Below are positions 1 to 12,959 of a stretch of DNA of 64,000 nucleotides, piece by piece. This DNA is from Octopus sinensis (taxonomy: Eukaryota): positions 49,290,001 through 49,354,000 of the forward strand of contig NC_043008.1 of NCBI RefSeq assembly GCF_006345805.1, given 5' to 3'. A program made the translations under genes and the position numbers. Under the pieces are notes generated by a model. That model was not told the DNA's origin, searched no databases, and saw nothing but the letters and a program-made list of their open reading frames with translations. The number at the start of each line of letters is the position of its first letter. Positions within the stretch are counted from its first letter, which is position 1.

Positions 1-229
1 AGTTTAAGATTCTTACAAATATTTTTCTTAGCACATGCATATAGTTTATATACACAGGTGAAGTCGTTCTGACCACTTTGCGATGAAGCCTTTTTCATAA
101 ACGTTGTTTGATAACATCAAGCAAGTATAAAGTTTGGGATCAAATTTTAATATCAAGAACCAGTTGATTACATTAAACAATTTGGGACCTGTTGATTTTG
201 ATAAGACAAAATCAGTTAATAACGTTCGT

Positions 230-840
230 GATTATAAGCGGCTTGCGTGTACACACACACACACACGCACACACACACACACACGTACATGCACAGAGGC
301 ATGGCCTTGTGACCAAAAAGTTCACTTTGCGGCGATCTTTCGTTTTGAGAAATCGCCTATTGCAACCTTTTGGTTTACGGTTCAGTCCCGGTGCGCAGCA
401 CCTTGGACAGATGTCTTCCGCCCTTGTTCCGTGACCGGATCGACCAATGTCTGAACCCAGTAAAATAGTGTGTGTGTGTGTGTAAGCCACTTTTTTTCAT
501 CAAAATCAAGAAGCCAAAAAGGGAAACAAATGGGGTGATGAATTGTGGTGGGTAGTTGAAGAAAGGACGAAAAGCAAGAGATGATGATAAGACGGCGGGG
601 TGTGTGTGTGGGGGGGGGAAGAGATGTACGATACAGAAACGGAGGGGGAGAGGCGCATTGCTCAGACGAGAGCTTGTATCACGTGATCAAATGTAAGGAG
701 CAGCCGACATCATGGTGACCAACAGACGACAGTAGAAAATATTGTTTTGTTTTCACTTATTGTTTTTCATGTCATGTCAAAATTGCGATTTTGTTTTCAT
801 ATTTAGTCATTGAGACACACACAAAAATGTCAGGGAAATA
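230..840. promoter_or_regulatory. CpG-retaining, promoter-like segment with palindromic E-box ATCACGTGAT (678-687)
   Basis: Many CpGs in an otherwise CpG-poor window. Perfect 10-bp palindrome with a CACGTG core. No transcript evidence. Confidence 0.3.
295..470 (+). mobile_element. Diverged CORE-like tRNA-SINE (family B) head
   Basis: 'ggttcagtcccggtgcgcagcaccttggacagatgtcttc' matches the family B head/core seen at 35725 and 47875. Confidence 0.45.
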
Positions 841-881
841 TCGGCGAAGTCAATGAAAGTAGAGGTGACTCATTGTTGTGC

Positions 882-1346
<465 letters not shown>

Positions 1347-1916
1347 ATAAAATCAGAGGTGTTTATTCAGGCTGGGTTTAACCTAGACATTTTCGTCCCA
1401 CATTTATTTATTTAATTCATATTTTCTACATTATTTTAAAAAGTCATTTAAACATATGGTATTTATTTTACAAACCAATGTTCAAAAAGGTTTACATTAT
1501 GCACACTCCATTTCTCTACCTTACAAAATACCCAAATGAAAGTGAATGCCTATGTACATACATATATGGGCCCTAACCCCTGTCTCTGCCTATCTTGCAC
1601 CCCTCTATTTTATTCGTTTTTTGTTGTTTTTTTTTGGTGGAGGTGATTTTTTTTGTCTGCCATATCATATCTTTACATCTAATTCTATTCCATGAACGCC
1701 TTTCTTTACATATTTCGCCCCGGTCCCCTTTTCTTTTCATACAAAAATGATTGTCAGTCATGTTTAATTTCGAATTCCCATCAACAGTATTTCATCAGGG
1801 GCCATGTTTCCCCTCCTCAACAACTGGCTGTTGTTGTCGTGTTGTTGTTATTGTTATTAAGGTTGTGATCTGACAGAATCATTTGTGTTGGATGTCTTAT
1901 ATCATTTACTCTTAAT

Positions 1917-2310
1917 TACTCTTTTACTTGTTTTAGTCATTTGACTGTGTCCATGCTGGAGCACCGCCTTTAGTCGGGCAAATCGACCCCAGGACTTACT
2001 CTTTGTAAGCCTAGTGCTTATTCTATCGGTCACTTTTGCCGAACCGCTAAGTTACGGAGACGTAAACTCGCCAGCAGCGGTTGTCAAGCGATGTTGGGGG
2101 GACAAACACAGACACACAAACATACACACACACAAACATACACACATGCATATATACGACGGGCTTCTTTCAGTTTCCGTCTACCAAATCCACCCACAAG
2201 GCTTTGGTCAGCCCGAGGCTATAGTAGAAGACACTTGCCCAAGTTTCCACGCAGTGGGACTGAACCCGGAACCATGTGGTTGGTAAGCATGCTACTTATC
2301 ACACAGCCAC
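1917..2310 (-). mobile_element. Near full-length CORE-like tRNA-SINE (family B, tail ...gactgaaacaagtaaaagag)
   Basis: Reverse complement gives a tRNA-like head (ggctgtg...ggttcagtcccactg), 'cttgggcaagtgtcttctactatagcc', an internal (CA/TG)n and the shared tail. More than 12 copies in the window. Confidence 0.85.
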
Positions 2311-2687
2311 TCGTTCCAGTTCTTTACATTCTGAGTTCGAATTCCGTGAAGGATGACTTTGCCTTTCATCCCTCCAGGGGTAATAAGTACCAGTCAAGTA
2401 CTAGGGTTGGTGTGATGGATTGCCCATTACTAGTTTTATCATGTATAATGTAATTACTGCTATAGGTAAAATTTAGTATGCTAATTATTGTTACCTCTGA
2501 GCCCCTTTGACATGTCCAGCATCCCCTTGGAGGTGGTACTACCCATATTGAGAACCTCTGAGCTATATATATATATGATAGAGATGGTGGTGGTGAAGTT
2601 TAGTTGCCACTCACGAGTGAGTGTGACTTGATAGTGTGTACCATACTTTCACTAACTGTTTTAGCTGCCTGTGTAGTCACGAGCAGA

Positions 2688-2866
2688 TATAGACACTCTG
2701 TTGGCATTCCTATCCTTGACATTAGGTTGGCGTTAGGAAGGGCATCCAGCTGTAGAAACACTGCCAGATCAGACTGGGCCTGGCGCAGCCTACTGGCTTT
2801 CCAGACCCCAGTTGAACCGTCCAACCCATGCTAGCATGGAAAACGGACGTTAAACGATGATGATGA
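2688..2866 (+). mobile_element. 5'-truncated RTE LINE 3'UTR fragment
   Basis: 'ggcgttaggaagggcatccagctgtagaaac...ccatgctagcatggaaaacggacgttaaacgatgatg' matches the 3' end of the ORF-bearing LINE at 18686-19902. Confidence 0.8.
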
Positions 2867-3114
2867 TAGTGTGGAAGAGCAATGTGTATTGATGTTGCCC
2901 AAGGACATGACATGTTGCTTGGTTTGGTCCAGGAATTGAACTCATGACCTCTATGGTCATAAGCCTAATATCTAATATGCTAACCACCAGGGTTTGACTT
3001 CGCAACATGTCCATTATGTGAAGGATAAACATGTACTAAGAGTCATGTGATGTAATGATATCACATGACTACCATTTGGCCAAAGAGACAAGATGATTTA
3101 CCAAATATAGATAA

Positions 3115-3540
3115 TAGATTTAGGGCGGCGAGCTGGCGGAAACGTTAGCACGCCGGGCGAAATGCGTAACCATATTTCGTCTGCCGTTATGTTCTGAGTT
3201 CAAATTCCGCCGAGGTTGACTTTGCCTTTCATCCTTTCGGGGTCGATTAAATAAGTACCAGTTACACACTGGGGTCGATGTAATCGACTTAATCTGTTTG
3301 TCTGTCCTTGTTTGTCCCCTCTGTGTGTTTAGCCCCTTATGGGTAGTAAAGAAATAGGTATTTTGTCTGCTGCTACATTCTGAGTTCAAATTCTGCTGAG
3401 GTCGACTTTGCCTTTCATCCTTTTGGGGTCAGTTAAATAAGTACCAGTTATGCACTGGGGGTGATATAATCGACTTAATCCCTTTGTCTGTCCTTGTTTG
3501 TCCCCTCTACTTTTAGCTCCCCTGTGGGCAATAAAGAGAT
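3115..3540 (+). mobile_element. Dimeric tRNA-SINE (family A, Meta/Nin-like domain)
   Basis: Head ggcggcgagctggc...gagttcaaattcc. The domain 'gtcgactttgcctttcatcctttcggggtcga' occurs twice. Flanked by AAATATAGATAA at 3103-3114 and 3541-3552. Confidence 0.9.
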
Positions 3541-4389
3541 AAATATAGATAAAAGTGAAACTGTCTTAGTTTTGTGGATGTACAGCTTGAATCACTTAAG
3601 AAATTAAATGTCTTATGACATGTTGGGTGTCTTGTGATATATTGAGTGTCTTGTGATGTATTAGGTGTCTTAGAAAAAAGGAAAGTGGGTGGAAATTGAT
3701 ACCGGATATTGTCTTACAGTAGAACTGAAATGATATGGTCAGGGTCATATAACAATGGAAGAAGCATGATTGAGAGAATAATCATAAATAATTCTGAATA
3801 CATAAAAAGTAGCCAAATAGTATTTGGTATTGGATTGCTAGTGCCACAGCCAGTTGTTTTATTAGTCACTTTCGCCAGATGTCACAACATATCTTTGTTT
3901 TGAATTAGTCAACAGAAGGGAAATTCTATGTGGCCACCCAACCTGCTAAAAATAGCAGTAATATCTTATCGACATCATTTTGACATCCACTTTTCCATGC
4001 TGCATGAGTTGGACAGAATTTGACTTGTTGATGCAGATTTTCTATGACTGGATTCTCTTCCTGTTGCCACCCCTCACCTATTTCCAAATAAGGTAAAATG
4101 CTCGACCTAACCAGACATGTTTTTCTTTGAAGATTGGAAATGAATAATATCACTTGTATAGTGGTGATACTTGTTTGCAACTCTCATGCAATGTCAGAAC
4201 AAGGAGATACTAACACAGACACATAACAGGCTTCTTTCAGTTTCCTTTTTCAGAAAGCTTTGGTTGGCACTGGGGCTATAGTAGAAAACACCCCATGTAC
4301 TACACAGGGAGACAACTTGAAACCATTTGTCTGGGAAGCAAACTTATTAACTACAATAATCCATTAGATAAATGATATAGTAGTCTTAG

Positions 4390-4781
4390 TAAGGGGGCGA
4401 GCTGGCAGAATTGGTAGCACCCTGGGCGAAATGCTTAGCGGTATTTCGTCTGTCTTTACGTTCTGAGTTCAAATTCCACCAAGGTCGACTTTGCCTTTCA
4501 TCCTTTCGGGATCGATAAATTAAGTACCAGTTACGCACTGGGGTCGATATAATTGACTTAATCCGTTTCTCTGTCCTTGTTTGTCCTCTCTGTGTTTAGC
4601 CCTTGTGGATAGTAAAGAAATAGGTATTTCGTCTGTCTTTACGTTGTGAGTTCAAATTCCACCGAGATCAACTTTGCCTTTCATCCTTTCGGGGTCGATA
4701 AATCAAGTACCGGGGTTGATGTAGTTGACTTACTCGCTCCCCCAAAATTTCAGGTCTTGTGCTTACAGTAGAAAGGAATAC
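4390..4781 (+). mobile_element. Dimeric tRNA-SINE (family A)
   Basis: Same dimer junction as the 3115 copy. Flanked by AGTAGTCTTAG at 4379-4389 and 4782-4792. Confidence 0.9.
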
Positions 4782-5423
4782 AGTAGTCTTAGACATATGC
4801 CTAAAAAGAAACTAAAAGGATGGGTGGTCACTGTTGGAATGTTTTTGATCATAGATCTTGATCAGAAGTGATCGGGACTGAATCTAATCAACAGTAACAA
4901 CCTCCTCCTTTATTTTGAATTGAGATTAGGTTTGTTATAACCAGACCATTTCTATTGTTATATCATGGTTTTATTTCCAATATGGAATTATTTTCATACC
5001 AAGGGTGACTGAAGTAATTAATTAAAAAATAAAGAGCAGCGTTTATATATTGCTGCAATGTAAAGAACGCGGTTGGTGGGTCCCAAGAATGGTCTGATAT
5101 TTTCACAGAAGGGAATAATACGTTGTAATTTAAAATGTAATAGAATCTATGTATGCGTGTGGTAATTATTGTTAAGAATATGGAATAAAGAAACTCTCAT
5201 TGAAGTAAGTGTGTGGCCAAAGTTTGGTTTCTAGTTGTGTTTATTGTCTGAGGAATAGCTTAGAGAATGACCTCCAACATTTCAATTTTAATTGAAAAGA
5301 TTAACCCCGCCCCTCCAAAGTTGATTGTCTATTTCTTGATCTATTTCTTGCTTGGTGCTTTGGTTAGTGTACTAGACAAAATGCTGAGTTCTTCCAGCTC
5401 TTTACATTCTAAGTTTAAATACC

Positions 5424-5656
5424 TATTTCTTTACTACCCACAAGGGGTTAAACACAGAGGGGACAAACAAAGACAGACAAACGGATTTAGTCGATTATAT
5501 CGACCCCCAGCACGTAACTGGTACTTAATTTATCGACCCTGAAAGGATGAAAGACAAAGTCGACCTTGGCGGAATTTGAACTCGAAACGTAACGGCAGAC
5601 GAAATATGGCTACGCATTTCGCCCGGCGTGCTAACGATTCTGCCAGCTTGCCGCCT
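5424..5656 (-). mobile_element. Full-length family A SINE, inverted relative to the 3115 and 4390 copies
   Basis: Reverse complement of the family A head, central domain and tail. Confidence 0.88.
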
Positions 5657-6089
5657 TCTGAGTTTAAATACCACTGAGGTTGACTTTGGCTTTCATCCTT
5701 TTGGGGGTTGATAAAATAAGGACCAGTTGAGCACTGGGCTTTTGTGTAATTGACTAATCCCTTTCTCCTAAAACTGATGATCTTATGCCAAAATTAGAAG
5801 GAATTATAATTATTCTTTACCAGTTTTACTCTGGCATTTATTCTTGTCCTTAAACCCCCTCATCTGGCTTAAAATCACCTCTTTCAGGGTTTTGGGGCAT
5901 GCAAGCTGTGCAGCAACCTCACTAGTGATGGGGCATGAAAAAGCACCCCGTACACACCCAGTGCATCCAACCATAGAAACCGTGCCAAAGTAGGCAGTAG
6001 TGCACAAGGCAGTCTTTAGACTTGTTGGATCCTGTCAAAACTGTGCAACTTATTATATACCAGCAAAAAACATGGATGCTAAATGATGA

Positions 6090-6486
6090 TAATGATACCA
6101 TTTAGATTTCAACCGGTCTGAGATTACCCCAGGATCTCTGATACATAATTCCTCTTTTAAATGGAATTAAGCTACAACTTACCATCAAGCTTTCATGTTG
6201 ATCTATATTGCAAACACCAGCTTAATAAAGACAAAATAATTTCATTGAGTTCTTCATGGTTTTCAAAATTAATTGAAACAAAGGCAGTGTCAGAAATATG
6301 GTAAAAAAAAAAAAAGGGGGTTAACCCTTTTGTTACCATCCCGGCTGAAACTGCCTCTGGCTCTGTAGTACAAATGTCTTGTTTTTATAAGTTTTGAATT
6401 AAAATCTTCCACCAAACCTTAGTCACAATTTATGTTCCTAACACCAGCTTAATGATAATTAAGAAATATGGTAACAAAAGGGTTAA
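6090..6486. mobile_element. Two adjacent piggyBac-type MITEs sharing the TTAA at 6321-6324
   Basis: ...aggggTTAAccctttt...; the second element ends aaaagggTTAA (6483-6486). The left end of the first is uncertain. Confidence 0.7.
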
Positions 6487-7224
6487 TAAGAAAAATAATC
6501 AACAGAAGACATAAGAGAAGGAGACCTCAGTGTGGTCACTCTATATGCTAGAAATAATAGCCTAAATTTCCTTCAATCCACACCCTTTCAACTGCTTCTA
6601 ATGTCTATCTGCCCAAATGTAGAGATGTGTTTAAAGTAATCTAAATTAAAAATTTCCATTAAAATTTCATGTTAATTTATGTTCTTAGAAGCATCTCCTC
6701 ATCGTTAGACCTAACTAATTTTACAAAGTATAAATGTATTTAGTTCTAGAACAATCAGTACTGTCAATGGCTAAGTAGGATTATAGTGTGTGTGTGCGCA
6801 TGTGCGTGCATGCAAGCAAGTGATCTTTACAGTTTCTGTCTATCAAAATTCATTAGTCCTGTAAAGTCTCCTGTTGAGTTGAGTTCACTTTGTACTCTGG
6901 TTTCTGGTTTCCAGTTATGGCTGTCTGTCTTCATTTGGAATGTGTTTGATGGAAAATAAAAAAGGCAATTGACACTATTTATCATGCATGATGAGATACA
7001 TAAAATATCAAGTTCTGAATTGGCGCCAAGGACTTCGGTTTTTAGGGTGGAGTAAATGTGGACAGTGGAATTATATAACTCTTTCCAGATCCATTAGTAA
7101 CATTAGAGAAATGAAATTCTTTCAATTACGGATCAATGGAAACACAATGTGGTTTTTTAATTATATTTGTGTTTGGATATTTCTTCCATGAGTAAAAGAC
7201 TTGAAATGATTTTAGTTAGAATAT

Positions 7225-7565
7225 TGGCGTGGCTGTGTGGTTAACGAGTTTGCTTTGCAACCATGTGGTTTTGGGTTCAAGTCCGTGGACTGACCAATAC
7301 CTTGTGAGTGAATTTGGTAGAAGGAAACTGTGTAGAATCCTGCCTACATACCTATGTATGTGTGTTTTTGTTTGTTTATTCTCCCTCTCATTGCTTGACA
7401 ACTGGTGTTAGTCTGTTAACATTCCTGTAACTTAATAGTTCAGCCAAAAGAGACTGATAAAATACATGCCAGACTTACTGTAAGTACAAATGTTGATTTG
7501 TTTGACTAATCCTACAAAGTAGTGCTCCAGCATGACCCTAATGCAATGACTAAAGCAAGTGTAAT
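7225..7565 (+). mobile_element. Family B SINE
   Basis: Head, core and tail similar to 1917-2310. Confidence 0.8.
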
Positions 7566-7970
7566 TGATATTATATTTCAACAAGGGCGGTGAACTGGCA
7601 GAATCGTTAGCACGCCAGGCGAAATGCTTAGTGGTATTTCGTCTGCTGTTACATTCTGAGTTCAAATTCTGCCGAGACCGACTTCATGTCTTGAGATCAT
7701 ATGATAGTTGCGAAAAGGTTGTTACTGTTATATGAATCATGTCCTTCGTTTCCCATCTTCCATGGAAATATGTCTGGGCATAGGTAAATATTACCTTATT
7801 TGGGAAAGGTTGAGGGTTGGTTACAGGAAAGGCACTAGCCATAGAAAATCTCCCTCAATGAATTCCATCTGATCCATGCAAGCATGGAAAAATGGATGTT
7901 AACAAAAGAAGAAATGACAAACTACCAGCTTTAAGGGTTTTCAGTTCAAATCCCCTTGGTTCATTATGCA

Positions 7971-8051
7971 TTGTGGGCCATACACAATGAAACATCTATT
8001 GTGGGCCATACACAATGAAACATCTTTTGTGGGCCATACACAATAAAACAT
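7971..8051. repeat. 28-bp tandem repeat x3, each unit a small hairpin
   Basis: Unit ttgtgggccatacacaatgaaacatcta. TTGTG/CACAA stem. No spacers. Confidence 0.95.
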
Positions 8052-8090
8052 GTACATTTCTTTTTGAAATTCACCATCTGTCTGTATTAG

Positions 8091-8211
8091 ATATCAGCCA
8101 GATCTTCTGAGGATATTGACTGGCATTGCATTGACACCATAAATGCAAAGCACCAGAGACGAAGGACCACAGGGCCATATATACTCTCCTCCTCGGACAC
8201 CAAGAACTATG
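8091..8211 (+). other. Candidate exon (possible ATG at 8143: MQSTRDEGPQGHIYSPPRTPRTM, phase 0)
   Basis: 'ctgtctgtattag|' acceptor and '|gtaacc' donor around unique, higher-GC sequence. No homology recognised. Confidence 0.22.
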
Positions 8212-8814
8212 GTAACCTTTTTTCTTGTTGTTCTTTTTATTTCCATCTTATTTCTTGGCATTCTCAACTGAAAAAAAAAGTTGATTAATAAAAAAAAAAT
8301 TGTTTATCCTTGCACAACTTGGGTGTGTAATATTTGATGGTAGTTAAGGAAGACTGTGAGAAATAAATTTTTCATGTTAGCTAAAGAAAATAATTTGTTT
8401 TCATGACTGAATAAATATTTATTTTGTTAGTTATCCTTCATTCCAGGGAGTGCTGTCCAGAACATTTTCCTTTTTCATTATCACACTCTCACAAACATCA
8501 ATGTATGTCATGTGTGCATATATATGTATGTATGTATATAGTATCTTCATAAACAGTACATAATAATCATCTGAACTCCCTCCTCCCTCTGCTTCTGTTA
8601 ATTACTTTAATTACTGCATTGTAATCTGCTTTAATGATGGGAAAATGCATGTTTGGGTTTTCATTAACGAATAGTGTGGAGCTGCCCTGGATGTTTTTTT
8701 CGTTATCTAGTTCGGTATTTCTCTGTTGTGGGTTCAAATTCTACCAAATGTAACCTTACTTTGCATTTGTCTTGTGTTTGTAAAATTTATACCAGTAATG
8801 ATGATGATGGTGAT

Positions 8815-9049
8815 GGTGGTGAGCTGGCAGAAATGTTAGCACGCTGGGTGAAATGCTTAGCGGTATTTCGTCTGCCGTTACGTTCTGAGTTCAAATTCCG
8901 CTGAGGTCGACTTTGCCTTTCATCCTTTCGGGGTTGATGAATTAAATACCAGTTACGCACTGGGGTCGATATAATCGATTTAATTCGTTTGTCTGTCCTT
9001 GTTTGTCCTCTCTGTGTTTGGACCCTTGTGGGTAGTAAAGAAATAGGTA
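8815..9049 (+). mobile_element. Full-length family A SINE
   Basis: Matches the family A consensus from head to 'gtaaagaaatagg' tail. Confidence 0.9.
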
Positions 9050-9217
9050 TTGGTGGTGATGGTGATGGTAATGATGATGGTGATGATGAGCTTATTGTAT
9101 GCAGTGCTGAGGTGGACTACAACTCAACAGAAAAGATTAAATGGTGGAGACAAAGCAGCAATAAAGAAGTCGGCAATGAAGGCCAAAAGTACACGTGCAC
9201 AGTACACAGAATAAAGT

Positions 9218-9420
9218 CATTTTTCTCTGTCCCCACCTCTGGCAGAATGCACACTGACATGAGACAGTTGCCTCCAAAGTATTCAATCTTTGGTTAGGGC
9301 ATTCAAGGAAACTTTGCCCAGACTTGTCCATGCTGTGATATTGTCTCTCCATCTCTTAGGTTACTTGCTTCCGTTTCTTTTTCCATTAATCATGCCTTCT
9401 AAACTGATCTTGCTCATGTA
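9218..9420 (-). pseudogene. Decayed RTE-clade LINE ORF2 C-terminus
   Basis: Translates SKISLEGMINGKRNGSK*PKRWRDNITAWTSLGKVSLNALTKD*ILWRQL, resembling the RTE 'LEG.v.GKR.RGRP..RW.DNI..W...A.DR..WR' end. Confidence 0.65.
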
Positions 9421-9422
9421 TG

Positions 9423-9651
9423 ACAACCCTTTCAATACCAACCCTGCTGAAACTGCCTCTGGCTTTGTAGTACAAATGTCTTGTTTTCATAAGTTTTGAA
9501 TTAAAATCTTCCACCAAACCTTAGTCACAATTTATGTTCCTAACACAAGCTTAATGATAACTAAGTGATTTTGCTAAATTTTTGTTATATTTAAAATTAA
9601 TTGAAAGAAACACAGAGCATCCCAACAGAAATATGGTAATAAAAGGGTTAA
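9423..9651. mobile_element. piggyBac-type MITE (family P1)
   Basis: Degenerate left end, aaaagggTTAA right end, internal identity to 6321-6486 and 58139-58366. Confidence 0.8.
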
Positions 9652-10314
9652 ACTGCATCCGGTGGTGAGGTTCCAGCTTGGGAGTTCTGGAGTTGACCCT
9701 TAATTACGATTATTTCCAGATCTGTTCTGACCTGGAATGGTAGTACCTATCAGGATCCTCCTATCTATGGGGTAAAGAGATTTTTTTATTCTGGTAAAAT
9801 GGTTGAACATCTGTCATGCTTACAGCAACTGTCTTACAGGCGGTTGCTGACTTCTTCCATCCAAGGGGCTTTTTAACCCAATATTCTATAGATTTTATCT
9901 ACTTCAAGTTACACTGTGAAATAAAAGATTATTTAGTTTAATTCTCTCATGTTCTATATTCTTATGATGTAAAACAAATAAAAAAAACGATTAAAATTTA
10001 AGAAATAAAAATATAAAAACCTATGTTTAATAAAGCCACCTATCTTCTGTCCAGTAAATACCCTGTTCTGGCCCCTTTCCTTCATACTTTAAACCTCTGT
10101 AGCCCAAATCAGTCAAAGAGGATCTTACTTGTTAATGTTGGCACCATGAAACAAACACCTGGTACAACCTGTTGGTATTAGAAGGGGCATCCAGCCATAG
10201 AAACCATGCCAGAGCAAATAGGAGCTGAAGGGCACTTGATGCAGTTCTTCCCCTCAATCCATGTTGATGTGAAAGACAGATGTTACCAGGTCAGGCGAGA
10301 TATGGGGAAATGGT

Positions 10315-10585
10315 GCAGTGTGTTTGCTGCATCCACCATTTGTGAGTTTCTGCTCAGGTCATCCTGAGCATCTCTCCAGCTAGTGTTCCAAGTCAGTCTC
10401 TGTCTCCACATGATATTTCCTCATTGATTGTGACCACATGGCATGTGACTGACCAACCAACACAAGCTGTCACCTCAGCCAGATCCTCAGAAAAGAGAAC
10501 ATGATACACAGGGTCCAATTCGGAAAATCAAGCAACATGACCAAACGGTCTGTGTTGATGTTCCCGAATCATACAAGTGACAGGA
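10315..10585 (-). pseudogene. Decayed RTE-type LINE ORF2 C-terminal fragment
   Basis: Frames give HQHRPFGHVA*FSELDPVYHVL and SWRDAQDD...VDAA, similar to RTE 'R.FGHVAR...DP...' ends. Confidence 0.45.
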
Positions 10586-10735
10586 CATATCTGAGTCAAT
10601 TATGGGCTATAAACATTATAATGATGACAATTGCTTATCTTTATTTTATTAATCAAACTTGTGTATAACAAAATTACGAATAATGTTTTTCAACCTAATG
10701 AAGCGTTGGTACAAATTTTGTAAAGCTTTAAATTC

Positions 10736-11150
10736 ATCATCATCATCGTTTAACGTCTGCTTTCCATGCTAGCATGGGTTGGACGATTTGACTGAGGACT
10801 GGCAAACCAGATGGCTGCACCAGGCTCCAATCTTGATCTGGCAGAATTTCTACAGCTGAATGCCCTTCCTGACGCCAACCACTCTGAGAGTGTAGTGGGT
10901 GCTTTTACGTGCCAGTCAGGCAGTACTGGCAATAGTCACGCTCAAATGGTGTTTATTACGTGCCACCTGTAAAGGAGCCAGTCCAGCAGCACTGGCAACG
11001 ACCTCGCTCGAATGCTTTTTCACATGCCAGTAAGGCGACGCAGGTAACGATCACACTTGAATGGTGCTTTTTACGTGCCACTGGCACGGAAGCCAGTTAG
11101 CTACTCTGGCAACGATCACGCTCTGATGGTGCTCTTAGCGCTCCACTAGC
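10736..11150 (-). mobile_element. RTE LINE 3'UTR fragment
   Basis: (CAT)n tail plus UTR subrepeats 'ggtgcttttacgtgcca'. Confidence 0.8.
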
Positions 11151-11864
11151 ATGGATTATTTTTTAAAGTGTATGCTGTACATACATACATCTTGCAGTGT
11201 GCTGCAGTGCACCGTTTGAATAGCTCTGCCCTTGATATATATAAAAATGAACAGGAAAGTCACCACTGGAATGTCTTTGATCCATAGACCCGCACAATCA
11301 TGACTGATTTGGTTCTAAGCAACAATTACAACAATGATTTAATAAAACAACAATAAAAGTTGATAAACAACACTATTCTGTTCTGCTTGAGTAAATTTGT
11401 GCTATCAAAGGAGCTGATTGAAGCCATTATTATCACGACAAGCCTGTTTTCATTGTAAGATTGGTGTCCTAAAATGTAGGTCTTACATACGTGATCTTAT
11501 CGTTAACTCTTTTCATACTAACCCACCTGTGATAATACTGCTGCTGCTATTGAGATTTTCCACACTTCAGCCTCAACAAGACAGAAGACATTTAACTCAA
11601 TGAAGGATGTGCCCCAAACAAAGCTAGACAATCCTTTCTACTAAAGGCACAAGGCCTGAAATGTTGGTGGAGGGGACTAGTCAATTACATCAACCCCAGT
11701 GTTTCACTGGTACTTAATTTATTGACCCTGAAAGGATGAAAGGCAAAGTCAACCATGGCAGAATTTGAACTCAGAACGTAAGAATGGGTAAAATATCGCT
11801 AAGCATTTCATCCAGCGTGCTAACAATTTGGCTAGACAATTCCATTTGTGCCAGACTCTTCAAT

Positions 11865-12185
11865 AGCACCGTCCTACCTGTGCTTTTATATGCAGGTGAG
11901 ACCTGGGAAGTGCATTCGAAATGAAATAATTCCAGAATGGAGCAGAGTGAATGATGTAATTACGGAACACCAAAAGTGTAAGTTCTGCTGAGTTGGAATG
12001 TCTCACGGTTCACAGACAGGCGGAACCATGCAGTTGCTGAGATGTATCCAAGAGATCAAAAAGGAAGGCCTCCACGACAACGGGAAGATGATTTAGTCAG
12101 ACAATTTGGGTCAAGATAGAAAAGAATAGCACGATCTAGACAAAATTGGAAGCACATTGTGACCAGTGAGGTATACAGCATCTGA
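11865..12185 (+). pseudogene. Decayed RTE LINE ORF2 C-terminus (different subfamily)
   Basis: NSTVLPVLLYAGETWEV, then VSRFTDRRNHAVAEMYPRDQKGRPPRQREDDL...IARSRQNWK. Confidence 0.65.
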
Positions 12186-12602
12186 TAGTCTGGTCAATAC
12201 TGTGACAATCTCTTCTCAGTCCAGATCTCGGCAATAATGGAACCATTTCCCCTCGTCTTCTTTTGACTGTCTGTCATTCCATTTGATGTGCCCAAACCAC
12301 TGCACCTTTTGACTTGATGTTGTTTCTAGGTCTTATTTCCCAATCAATAATAATAATATGAGGGAATATTATTCCAAACTTACAGGGAAAAATTCAATTT
12401 AGAAATACTAAATCAAATTTCACAAAATATAATATAAATTAGAAAAAAAGCTCCTGTTTTCAATAATGAAAAATTAAGTTATACCATTTAGAAAAATTAC
12501 ATATTATAAAAAGATTGAATATAAGATAAAACATATAACGATGATTAAGTAATATGCAAAATAATAAATAAAACGTATATATTTGGTAGAATAACAAATG
12601 GC

Positions 12603-12643
12603 CATAACAGATTGATACCTGTACCTGTCTTATATATTATATA

Positions 12644-12678
<35 letters not shown>

Positions 12679-12690
12679 ACAGGTACAGGT

Positions 12691-12737
<47 letters not shown>

Positions 12738-12959
12738 GGTAAAAATATTTTTTACCTTCACCCATTCAATACAATAAATGAATTAATTGCATTGCAATTA
12801 AAAGCATTTATGTATTTTTAATATTTGGGTAATTTACCAGAAGTATATTGGATAACTGATATCCCATAGGGGGTTACTTTCATAACCCCTATCTTACTTT
12901 GTACTATGTATATATATATATATATATATAAAGACAGGTACAGGTATCAATCTGTTATG
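12603..12959. repeat. 29-bp perfect inverted repeat flanking (TA)n tracts, possibly a Penelope-like remnant
   Basis: cataacagattgatacctgtacctgtctt (12603-12631) pairs with aagacaggtacaggtatcaatctgttatg (12931-12959). A partial third copy lies at 12678-12694. Confidence 0.85.

Noticed and set aside
1755-1802. CTGATGA...GAAA on the minus strand
   Set aside because: Stems II and III do not pair convincingly.
3122-3200. tRNA genes
   Set aside because: A/B-box-like heads here and elsewhere continue into SINE bodies and lack a complete cloverleaf.
7971-8051. CRISPR-like 28-bp palindromic repeats
   Set aside because: No spacers, no cas genes, and a eukaryotic context.
9137-9352. Cys-rich ORF resembling a piggyBac C-terminal domain
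   Set aside because: Another frame of the same DNA gives a better, contiguous match to an RTE ORF2 C-terminus.
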